Positions 39,601-51,600 of a DNA stretch of 64,000 nucleotides are shown in pieces; the stretch's first letter is position 1, and each line of letters opens with the position of its first letter. The stretch covers positions 248,001 to 312,000 of the forward strand of contig JASANG010004128.1 in assembly GCA_030248215.1 (NCBI GenBank), given 5' to 3'. The position numbers and the translations under genes are program-made. The notes under the pieces were generated by a model that had not been told where the DNA came from, did not search any database, and saw only the letters and a program-made list of their open reading frames with translations. This DNA is from Enoplolaimus lenunculus (Eukaryota).

Positions 39601-42600
39601 TAGCTTACCTTACTAGGGCGCTAAAGAATATTCAGGAGGGGCATACAAAAATAGTCGTTGATTTACAAGCAATGTTGAATATATTCTAGGGAGGGGCAAA
39701 GTTTTTCCACGGAAACCGAGCCCTCCTGCCCCGCCTACGGGCCCGATTCTGATATTGAGTTATAAAATATTGTTATAAAATATTGTCACTATACTGTGCC
39801 CACTGCCCCGTATTTATTGATTAAAGTAGCAAATCATCGCAACCGAAAGACACATTTATAATACACACCGCTGGGGATTTAAAAATTGTAGACCCTATCA
39901 TTTCTTCGCAAAAAAATTTTGGAGGGAAAAATTTTAACGCAGGGAGCTTACTATTTAACGCTTTTCTCACCGCCTGGATCTCACACTCGGATTCAGATCC
40001 GGAATTTAGGTCAGTATCGGTAATTGTGTTATTAATTTTCGCACTTGCGCCTAACCGTCGGAGAAGTACAATGGTCAGTGCCTGAGACACGTTTCCTACG
40101 ATTTCCATATGTATTGCAGGATTCGCTGCAATATGCCGTGAATTTTCTTGCATGGTGCGGACGTGTATTTCACTTACATCCAATGTATATTCAATCATTA
40201 TTTGTTTCGCAATTGGTTATATTCAACGTTCTTTTGTTTTAGGAATGAATTTCGGGCGAGCTTTCATCAAAATCTCAGGTGTCCTCATCATAAGCGTAAT
40301 TTTTCTTTGAAAATAAGAATTAGTAACATTTTACTTAACTATTCAACAAGTACCTATGAAATAATATAAAATTGCAACATTTTTTAAAATCTTTTGGCTC
40401 CTAGGAATGCACAATTTTAACAACTGCTTATAAAATGACGGTACTAACAATTCAATTCAACTGTGTCTGCTCCACGAATATCTTGGTAGCATTTTACTTA
40501 ACTAAAGAGTAAATATGAAATAGTATAAAGTTGCGACATTTTTTAAAATCATTTGATCCCTAGAAATACACAATCGTATTCCAGGAAAATCGTCCGTCTG
40601 TTCAAAATGTCAGGTTTCAACGAGATTAACAGTCAAAACAATATGAACTTTCAGTGGATGCTTTATATAAGCGTTATAGCAGTGGCAAGTAAATATACTA
40701 TTAAATACCTGACAAATTATGGACAACTAAACGCTTCATGCACTCTGGAAAGGTCGAATCTGTTGCAGTACCACAATTTTTCATCTAAATTAAGGATTGT
40801 TAGCTTTTTACTTAACTATTCAACAATTACCTATGAAATAACATAAAATTGCGACATTTTTTGAAATCTTTCTATTCATAGAAATACACAATCCCAAAAA
40901 GTGCTTATAAAATGAAGGCACAAACAATTCACTTCAACTGTGTCTGCTCCAGAAAAAATGGTCCGCCTGACCAAAATATCTGCTTTCAACAAGGTTAGCG
41001 GTGAAAAATTAAACTTTCAGTGGATGCTCGTTATATTCGTTTGATCACTGGCAAGCTAATATACTGGTAACAATTCCTCTGACACGGGCGGGGCAGGTTG
41101 GCAAAAATTTGATGGACTCTAAAAATATTAAGTTATTTTAATCACAAAATTTACCAAATGTATGTAGGGATCTTACCATCACGTTTTATGACGGTCGCTA
41201 ACGCTTCAACTGACCTCTCCCACTTAATCCGCCGGTGCAATATAGCCCAAAAACTCTGTCAGTGCACAATGTACCCATATAAAATAAAATATGCGTCTGT
41301 GCAGAACACTACATGTTTTTATATACACATAGCGTTGAACGTAGATGACTATAGAATATAAAAAACAACCTGATGTTTATAATACCTGGTATCTATTTTT
41401 AAATGCGGATCCGCACCTGGAAAGGGACTCAGCTTCGCCTGAAAAGATTTTGCCTCCTTTAGAGAATTTTAAAGTTGCTTGTGTATACTCATCAAAATCC
41501 ATGCATGTCCCTCTTGAAAAATCTTTGCTCCCCCTGACATTTTTGCTAGCTGCGGGCCTGACCGCCCCTCTCCCGATCTGGATCCACTAGTGCTTAACTT
41601 GGAGAGATACCAAAGTTTCAGTCAATTCTTGCAATGCATACAGCAACCTTCAATGGAAAATCAATATTTCAGACGGCAACCGTCAATTGACATCCAAAAA
41701 CTTTATATTTTTAGATGGAAACCGTAAATTGAAAATTTATAGCAAGACGGCAACCGTCAATTGAAAATTTTTCTGAAATGGCAGCCGTCAACGAGGTGTT
41801 CCTTTTTCAGATGGCTATTGTCAACACCAAACGTAACATGTACCCGGCAGCGGCCAACGGGTACCGGCTAGTTAGACAGCAAGCGTCAATGATATTGCAA
41901 TTTTTGTAATGGCAACTGTAAAGCCATATTAATTGTTGAGAAGCTATTGACAGTAATTTTGCAAAATTTTAAACAGTAGCTGTCAACTGAAATAAAAATT
42001 TTAACAGCAGCCGTCAACTGAATCCTATTTTTGAACCCCGCAGACCGCAAGTGTCAATTGCCGTTTCAAAAATCCACACGGCGTACATACGCCGTTTCCG
42101 ATCAGTTTAAGCTCCTGTTCAGTAGTTGGCTATTTAATATCTCGCTCATACCAGCGCACTCGCTCAGTGTCTGGTTCATTCTTATAGACTAACATATTTG
42201 CTTAGGCTCAGGCTTAGGCTTAGGAATAGGAGTATGCTACGATTGTTTCGACCCTGCTCTATACATGGCCTGAAACGAAAACGGACACGGATGTGCCCGT
42301 CTTCTATCCACAATATAGACCCAATTTTCAATTGACAGTTGCCGTGTATTAAAAATTTTCAATTGACAGTTGCCGTCTAATAAAAATTTTCAATGGACGG
42401 TTGCCGTCAAAGTTTAATTTTCAGTTGACGGTTGCCGTCCGAATAAAAATTTTCAATTGACGGTTGCCGTATACAACAATTTTCAATTGACGGTTGCCGT
42501 CCAAAATTAAATTTTCCGTTGACGGTTGCTATCAACTGTTGGTGCTCCTGTTGACGGTTGCTTAAAAATTTTGCAAACCGATTGACAGTTGCTGTTTGTT

Positions 42601-45600
42601 AACCTGCACTCGTTGACGGTTGCCATCGAAAATTGGTTTCTCCGTCAACACTTGCTATACGCAACCAGAGTACCCGTTGACGGCTTCTGCATAGAAATTT
42701 TTTTTCGTTGACGGTTGCTAGTTCAAGAGTAGTATAGCAACCGTCAATTGAAATTAAAAATTGGTTAAAAATAATTTCAATTGACGGCTACTATCGACAA
42801 GTAAAAATTTGTTGACGGCAACCGTCAATTGAAGTTCCAAAAATCCACACAGCGTACGCACGTTATTGTGGACGACGCATAAGTTCGAACTTCGCAACCT
42901 CATCGTGACTTTAATGCAAAGACAAATATATGCACATTTATTTTGGAAAAAAAACATAGTTTGACGCAAAATATGGTTTTTGTGCCTACCGCTGAGGTGT
43001 TGGACATACTAGAGAGAATCACATAAAGCTTCCATGACTACACATGTTAGTTTGCTTGTGTTTAAAGAAAACTGCTAAATTTACCCCCAAACATATCGTC
43101 AGTTGGTGTGACAGTAGTGAATAAATTGGAGCCAACCAACCGGGGACTTTAAAATTTGTCGCATTTTAACGTTTAATTGTCCTATATGTGTTCCGAGTTC
43201 GTCATTCGCATTTTGTAGCATGCGCCGTTCGATTGTTTGAAAACGTATTGCTAGCTGTAAAAATACTGCAGACAACGCAACTATTCACCGGGCCTGCATA
43301 ACTTTTGAAGAAAAAAAGGCGGGTTCACCGAAATTTTTAACTATTGGATGAATTTCATGTTTATGTTTAATTTTAAACATTTGTAGCACATCTGTATTTT
43401 GAGCGTAAAACTAACCGAATTTCCGGTGTTTCCATAACGGAAACGGACACCAATTTTTGTCGAAAACAGAGCCGGGAACAGATATCCGATTACATCCTGG
43501 TGTTATTGTGCTTATTTATGCTTGGCCCCTATTCTCAAAATGTTTATAGCAACTATCATCAGTTATGTGCAAAACCTGTAACTGTCTGAAGAGAGGTCCT
43601 GTATAATAGTTGAGTTTTAGGACGTTAGTTAAATGTATATACGCTGGGAAGCTTGAAAAATCTCAAAGTTCACCTGCCCTGATACCTGAGAACTTTCAGA
43701 ACCATAGCTGTGTCAATGCGATTATTGGAACAAGTATACTATTGGAAATGGATGTGTTCAAGGAACCCGACCTAAGTTACGTTCGAGCTACATCAAGTTT
43801 TACCCAAATTTTGTTGTTTTGACTTTTAGTGTTAGGTTTACAAAAGACCATTGATTAGAACGCCCTCCTTAATTTTTAGACACTAGCGATAACTGTGCAA
43901 TGTGACAGTTGAAAACTCCAGAGGCTGCCAATTTACGCAACTTTCGGGCTCTAATCAACTCCGAAACAGGCTTAAGTGGAAAAGAGGTTTAATAAGTTAG
44001 AGGTTGAGTTATAAATCGTTTTTCAGTTGGCTAAATAATTACAGCCAAGCTATTTTCGCGTACTAATCTTAGCTATCAAAATTTTACTGTGTAAATCTTT
44101 TGAATCGAATAGTTTGTTATTAACCGTCTGCGTTTTTCTGGTGCGCTAGTGTTTGGAAATATTTTCGTCCTTCTTGTGCCAATTCCATTTTGAACTGCCA
44201 TAATGGGTGATAAGCAACAGCAAACGTCGCTATTGGATATGCTGAAGAAGAAGATGCGTCAGGCAAAGGAGGAAGCTGAGCTTGCACGTGATGAGTGTGA
44301 CGAAGCAAAACGGAGACTGGAAGTTGAAAAGAAGAAAACACAAGAAGTATGTGTAAATTACAACATAGTGTTGAACTAATGTATCGGTTTTGGTGTAATT
44401 GTGGTATCGGTATCGTTATTGATAGAACCGATTCTTGGGTTTGATTTGAACTGGCGTTCTGGTGAATGTGTGGTAAATGCAATACACATAGTATGCTTGC
44501 CGCCAGCATGCGGTCGACGCGTATAGTCGACAAAAAGCAGTTTAAAAGGCGGGGTTTCCGTGGCGCGGTGGTAGATTGTTTGTCTGAGAATCCGTGGGTC
44601 GCTAGTTAGAAACCATCTTTAACCCAGTTTTCCACTGCTTAGTTAAAAGGTCTGAAGTCTCGGTTCATACCTAAACTGACACAGTGTACGACTACAAACA
44701 CGGTGTTGTGGCAAGTTAAATATACGAAACCATGACCAATACTTCTAAATTACCTACCATCAGGGTGCAACCGGAATTACAATTTACCGGAACCGGAATC
44801 GGAATTTGAAAAAATTACCCGAAACGTAACCGGAACTTGAAAATAAAAAATACCTGCCACCGAAAAATTCATTTTAATTTTGTTTTTGCAATATTTTTGG
44901 TGAAATAACCCTAGTTGGAGATAGGTATTCATTTTATCTGCTGCATTTTAGATTTTCGTAACGCACGGAAGCGAAATGTACCTTCAATGGTTTTATTTTC
45001 TGCGATTGTCAAGTTTGCTTACTATACAAATGAAATCAGTATAATTTTTGTAGTCATTTTTAATACAATATCTTAATTTCCACCGACCAAATTTTAATAC
45101 CGGAATTTTTAATTCCGGTAAAAATTTACTGGAACCAGAACCGGCCTGCCAACCATATATCTAGATGAATAGAACTGTTTAATTTCGCTGCTTTCAAGTA
45201 ATGCCTATTAGTGTTGCCCCAGGGCCAGGATTTGTACTGGGGCTGGGGTTGAAACCAAGGCCCCAGGGCCGGTACCAACCGCGGCCAAGTTAGACACGGA
45301 AAGGTAGTGTGTACAGCAAACCGTGGGAAAATAAAAAAATACCGTATACTGTCATTTCTTGTGGTTTTCATTTTTTCGAAACGATAACCAAACCTGATAG
45401 GATTGTTTTTCTTGCCAGTCATAAAAGAATGGTTTATACGTAATTACTGGCCTCGGTTAAGCGGCGGCAAATACCTGCTGGTTCCGGACCCTGTGCCGAA
45501 GCCGGGGCCTTAGGCCTCGTGGCATCTCTAATACCTATATACTTTTAATTGAACGGTTTCATTGAACGGCTGTAAATATTTAGCGTAGGCCAAGTGGTAT

Positions 45601-48600
45601 AGCACGTACGGTGCAATCAGCTTCGGAATTATTGCTTACCGGATATTTGCTGTGAAAAATATATACGTATAGCAATTCTATGTAATCAGGGTGCAACCGG
45701 AATTCCGGTTCCGGTTCCGGCATTTTTTCACCTTCCGGTTCCGGTAAATTTTTACCGGATTTAAAAATTCCGGTATTATAATTTGGCCGTTTTCTTAACT
45801 TCGCTAATTTTTAAGAATCTCTTTTGAAAGCCACTTGTACTCCGAATATAAGCCATTGATGGTGGATTTCACTTCAGTCGATGATGAAAATCTAAAATAC
45901 AACAAATAAAATAAATACCTATGTTCGACTAAGGTTATTTCACAAATAATAGAGCAAAAAAATAAGATTAAAATGAAATTTTTGGTAAAATGCATTTTTC
46001 ATTTTCCGGTTCCGGTAAAATTTTCAAATTCCGGTTGCGGTTCCGGTAAATTGTAATTCCGGTTGCACCCTGTATGTAATATGTACTATATATTAGTTAT
46101 GACTTAAACTGTTCAGAATGACAAAAATAAGTACTTCAAGAAGCAAACTTAATACTAGCGATCTTGCAGAAGCAAAATTATAATAGGTAAATCATAGAAA
46201 GTAGAGTAGTAACTTACCGTGATAAAGTTTGACTTTTCGTTGAAATATGCACTTAAATGATCTGTCGAAGCCGTAATATCCGGTTCCGTTATTTTTAGAT
46301 GTATGATTGAACCCCGTTAAAGTTCTTATATATAAGCAAAAGCCATGGTTTTACTACTTTTTTAAAACGTGAAACAGTAATTCATAGATGAAAATGTTTT
46401 AAGTTCCGTTGCTGTTCGTGATTTGGCAAAAGTTAATTGGTGTTCTTACTAAAACCTTCTAGGCAAACGTTTAGAAAAACCTTAACGGATACCGGATATT
46501 TGCGTTTGTGGTTTCAAATATCAGAAAACTGCTTTTAAAAGTCAAATACCAGATTTATGTGACTGCAGTTCTGGGCAAGCCCACACTGCACACTGACATG
46601 GAATATTAAATTGAAGCCAACAATTAATTTAAATCGATAAATACATATTTTTGCACATGTCAAGTACCCCCAACCGTGTACAAATTTAGATACTACATCC
46701 GGTTAACATCTGGTGCCGGTACAAAATTTACTATACGGCTACGGTTGTGGTATCCGGCAAAATTTATATGCGGTCGATCTCTGCCTATGCCCAGAAAGTT
46801 ATACATATACTCAACCCAAACACAATATCTTGACGTGTCGTAACGGTTTGCTTTAGGCTGAAGCAGAGGTGTCGTCCCTAAACAGACGTATCCAACTACT
46901 CGAGGAAGATCTGGAGAAAACTGAAGAACGTTTGAAGATAGCAACAGACAAACTTGAAGAGGCGTCTAAAGCAGCAGATGAAAGTGAACGGTACGGCCGA
47001 AGCATGGTGACACAAACATTGCAACCTAACGCACATATTTACCATTTATTAAGCTTTATGTTTGTAATTGTTATGAATGCGTATATATGTGTATATAGTG
47101 TAGTTTGTTGTTCACTTATACATATATGTGCCATATTTAATATTTATGTAATGTGTTCATGATATATAATACGTATGGAACATATGCACATTTTGTGAGG
47201 GTCCAACAAGAGGAACTAAATTTTAATGGAACAGGAATGGATTTTCTTTGCAGGAACAGGAACGTGAACCGGAATTTGAAATAATTTTCATCACCGAGTT
47301 GCTGTTGTACTTTTTAGGAAACTTACAAAAAATGGCTTAAGCGAATTTTTAGGTATTTCTTCATAAAGGTTTTCGAAAACACCAGAAACAGATTATTATC
47401 AAAATTGATTTAATAGCAAAAATGCGCATTTTGAAATTACAATTTTGCAAAGATAAAGTTTTTAGTATTTAAATGATTATGAATAATTTGCCACAAAGCG
47501 CAAAATTACGGTTCGGGAATCTTTGAATGCAAGAACAGGAACAGGAGTTGAATTTTTGCAGGAATTCCGACTGAAGCACGACTATCTCGATCATAAGTAG
47601 TTAGTTGAGTAAATATATGTCCGTTGAACGGGGTTTAATACACTCTTTAGTGAAAACGTGTATTGTGTACATATATTTGCTATGTTTTATTTCTTGGCAT
47701 GTGTTGATTTTCGTATTCATGTATAGGTTTCAGGTTGCATGCGTTCAGCATTTCGCGTCGTAGTAAGCTAGCGGTGAATTTATGTAAGTTATCGTCGTCC
47801 AGGTTTTTGGCTACGCATATCTTATTTGTCTGTGTTCAGTAGTGTTGAGTTTTGCTGCAATTATATGACTTGATTTTCAAAGACAATTTCTAGATTGCGA
47901 ATCGTTAGTTATTATAGTCAGAGCAAGAAGTATCCGCGCTTAACCGACGATTACAGCTGGTTGAGGAAGAAGGCAACCGATCAAATGAACGAGCTGAAGT
48001 ATCCGCCAAACAGCTAGCTGACGCTACAAAAAACCTTGATGAAACAGAACGGTATGTTAAGGCCATGTAGCGATAAGGCAAAATTAGTATAACTTGTTGA
48101 TATTACACGTAGTGAATTCCCTCTAAGAGCACGTAAAAGTGTTCTGCAAAAACCTGGTTGTTTGCTTTCCGCCTATTTAAACCATAAAGAACGTAATATG
48201 AAATCAGAATAGCATTTCTACCAATGATAAAGAAATTATCTGTTTTAAGAATGTCTTGGACTCTGATTACATATCTTACTGCATCAATCGGTAACTTAAA
48301 TATGTATATGTATTCAAAAAACTGACTTTGTTTGTATTATCGTAGATTTCAATACAACTTACAGATTAATACAACAGCACTTTTTTGTAAGTTATGTAGC
48401 GCTTAACATAGCAAAGCACTAGAACACATATAGATGGTTTTGCAGTCTTGTGAAGTAATAAATGTCTATAAAGGTAAGTGTACAGTTGATTTATTTATTT
48501 ATTCATTTAGTTATTTATTTATTTGTTATGGTGTTCAACAAAGGTTTTAACTTTAGTGATGTACCGGTACCAAAATCTTTTCCAATACCAATGCCGATTT

Positions 48601-51600
48601 TTATCTTCAAATTTTCCGGTATCGATGCCCATCCCAATTTTAATTCCCACTGCTTGAAGAACGTTAACATTACTACATTTCATTGTTAGAAACGCTAAGA
48701 CTTAAACCCTAACAACCTGTGAAAACGTTTCATGTCAATAATTTTTTAAACAAAATCGTCAGAAGCACGACAGATTCCTGATCGCACGTGCAGATATATG
48801 CCAGCAAGTGAAATTGATATCATTCCAACTCACAGCCAAGTGCATGCAGTGCAAGCAATCCTTCGGCAGTGGAAGGTAAAATTAGGGAATATGATTTTTG
48901 CGAAAATTTTTTAAGCATTTGTGTTCAACATGATCCGGGGATACCAAAAATACAAATTGACTATATTCCGAATAAAATTTTTATTTTTTTCGAACCTTTA
49001 AAGGGGGGAGAACATGATTCTATATTAGCAGTTTTCAACCGCGTGTGGTCAATGTTAAGCTTATTATTCTTGAAAAAGTTTTTTACATGGAAGTGGTTTT
49101 TAGACTTTTTAATGCGGGGGGCGCCGGCTTTCGTGACTTCCAAGCACTCAATTGTGGTGGCAAGCCGTCCAGACCCCCGACTAAACATGTTGGATACTAG
49201 GCTAATTATTTTTTACTTCGTCTTTCTTTATAAGCTGTGATTTTTTGGAACATAGTTAAATTATATAGTTTCGGAATTCCCGGGTAAAGCTGAGCAAAAA
49301 TATACCAACATTTTCGAGCAAAGAATATAGACTTGTTTAGCAGTGCCGGTGCTGATACTCACGAAAAGTGCCGATATTCATATTGCCTATGTATTCACAT
49401 AGTTTTGGAAAACGGTTTGTAACATATATCAACTTTTCCATGCACCGTTCTGGTAGTCAGGTACGTCGTCTATTTTTATTATTATATTGTGCAGTGTCGT
49501 TTAGTGAGACATACGTATAAATCTCGCGCATATTAAGAGCATGTGATGTGATGTTGTGTTGTCGATGTAGTCACTAGAGTTTCATCGGGGGATGAGTGTT
49601 ATTTGTAATTCATTTTTAAAATTTGCCCCGGTTTTCCTCAAGTCTTTGTATCATCAAACCTTTCACATAGATAGTTTCGATAACGATGAACAAACACTAT
49701 GAAGAATTTCGAGGCACAATATGCATAACAATACCATCAAAAATAGACTTTCGGCACAGGTATTCTACACCAGATAATTATTGCTCAAAAGTATAAACAA
49801 GTTAATAGCGACAGTTTTTGGTCGGTAACTAAATTTACGTAAATGAACGAAAACCAGTGTACCAATTTTGAAGATCATTTTGTTGTAGAGCTTTGATTAT
49901 ATGTTTTTGTAACTAATCTGTTATTTATATATACTAACACGATATTTCATAATGAAGTATAATATGTAGTTTATTTGTTGCTTAAATCAAATAGTCACTT
50001 TCGGGTTAAACTTTAGTTTTTCAGCAGAAAATATGGTGAAACATACCAAAATTATATTTGCAGTTATCTACTCCTGAAAAAAGGATGCGTTACAATCTTA
50101 CTCTTAAGCATTACGTATGTATTTAGTATTTACATGTATACGATTCCAGTGATTCCAGTAAATATTGGCAAGCCGTAAAATCGGTGTTAATATATGTATT
50201 TATTTACCTACACGTGCACAATGTGTCATTTTGCTTTTATATGCCTGGCTTTGATTTTCATTCAGTGTTGTGTGGTGTATTGATTGTTTAGTTTTGTTGG
50301 TAGGTCGTTAGTCGCCACATCCGCATTAGATTATTATGACCGTGCTACAGTGATTCGGATTCCAGTAGCAAAATCATTCATCTTTTACTCTCGCTCATGT
50401 ATTAAACACGGTGCTTTATCGCCACAGTTCGGTTTCACGTTTGAATTATGTTTTTGTATTTTAATTACGGTCGTACTCTGGTGATCATCATTTGTTTTTC
50501 GGATGTAAAAAATTATTTCACAAAACCTGTTGCATTTTATAGTAGCATAATCCGTATAAAAGTAAATGCATTGTCTAATTTTGACTCGAACTGAAAATGC
50601 TAGGCGTTTGTTTGAAATTTTAGTACGGTTGAGATTCCACTGTTGAAACAGATTGGGGGGTGCGCTTTGCAGATTATTGCTGTGCTTTGTTGTGCGCTTG
50701 CATGTCTCAAGTATTGCGGTTTTGTTTTATTTTCATCCTTCAGAACACGGAAATCGTTGGAAACGCGAAAGGCGCAGGATGTAGAGCGATCTACCATGCT
50801 AGAAATTGAAGTAACCAGCGCGAAAATGGAAGCAGAAGAAGCAGATCGAAAATATGAAGAGGTTGTGTAACTCGAATGTTTGCGGAATACTTCTACAATA
50901 AATATATATTTCAGTTTAGTTTAGTGCTGAATTTTGATCCGTTCAGTTTACTTGGTGGAGGTGTTTTATTTCCTGTTAGTATATAGGTTTGTTGCATGTG
51001 CATGGTTAATTTGTGGTTTTCTCACTGACAATATTGCCGAGTTATGTTTGCACCAGTTTGTTATTAATTTGATATGAGTTTCTCTCGATTCCGACTGCAC
51101 AATCATTCGGAATTGTAATTTTGAAATTTTAATTTAATTGATTGCAGTCTAGCTTTGCAGAACCAAAAAACCATTGCGGATTTGTTCATTCGTCGTTTTT
51201 GAAAATTGTTGTAAGCTAACTACGGACGCTCTAAGTCATATTTATTTTGTTAATACAAATTATTCGAATAATCTCAAGAATATTACTTCTGATTCCGGTA
51301 TAAATTTGCTGCTCCGATTTCGATATTCTCCAGTTCCGCTTTGCACCATGATTTTTGGTCATCCAGTATGCATGACATTGTTTTGTCCAAAGTATTTATT
51401 AAATACGTATTAATATGTATGTGATTGATGCATTGAGGGTAGCTTAAAATCTTTGAACTTTCAAATTGAAGTTTTAACATAGTTATCTGATGTACAATGC
51501 ATCCATGTAGAAGTCACATTTTGTATTACGTACGTAGCTACATACATCATGTCAAAATAGTTTGCTGAGTAACGAATGAAGATGTGCCGTTGCTGGTGTA

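Larger units (their letters stand above)
34874..42086. mobile_element. Putative 7-kb element of the same family nested in opposite orientation
   Basis: 34874-34907 matches the reverse complement of 42053-42086 at 33/34 nt; its arrays read GACGGCAACCGTCAA. Confidence 0.55.
32758..42880. mobile_element. Putative 10-kb TIR element with subterminal tandem arrays (outer element)
   Basis: 32758-32800 is the exact 43-nt reverse complement of 42838-42880; both ends are followed inward by arrays of TTGACGGTTGCCGTC units. Confidence 0.6.

Noticed and set aside
42200..42225. Telomere-addition or DNA-elimination site
   Set aside because: Only a few imperfect units embedded in continuous intron; nothing indicates a break
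44120..44533. 137-aa minus-strand ORF
   Set aside because: Antisense shadow of tropomyosin exon 1b
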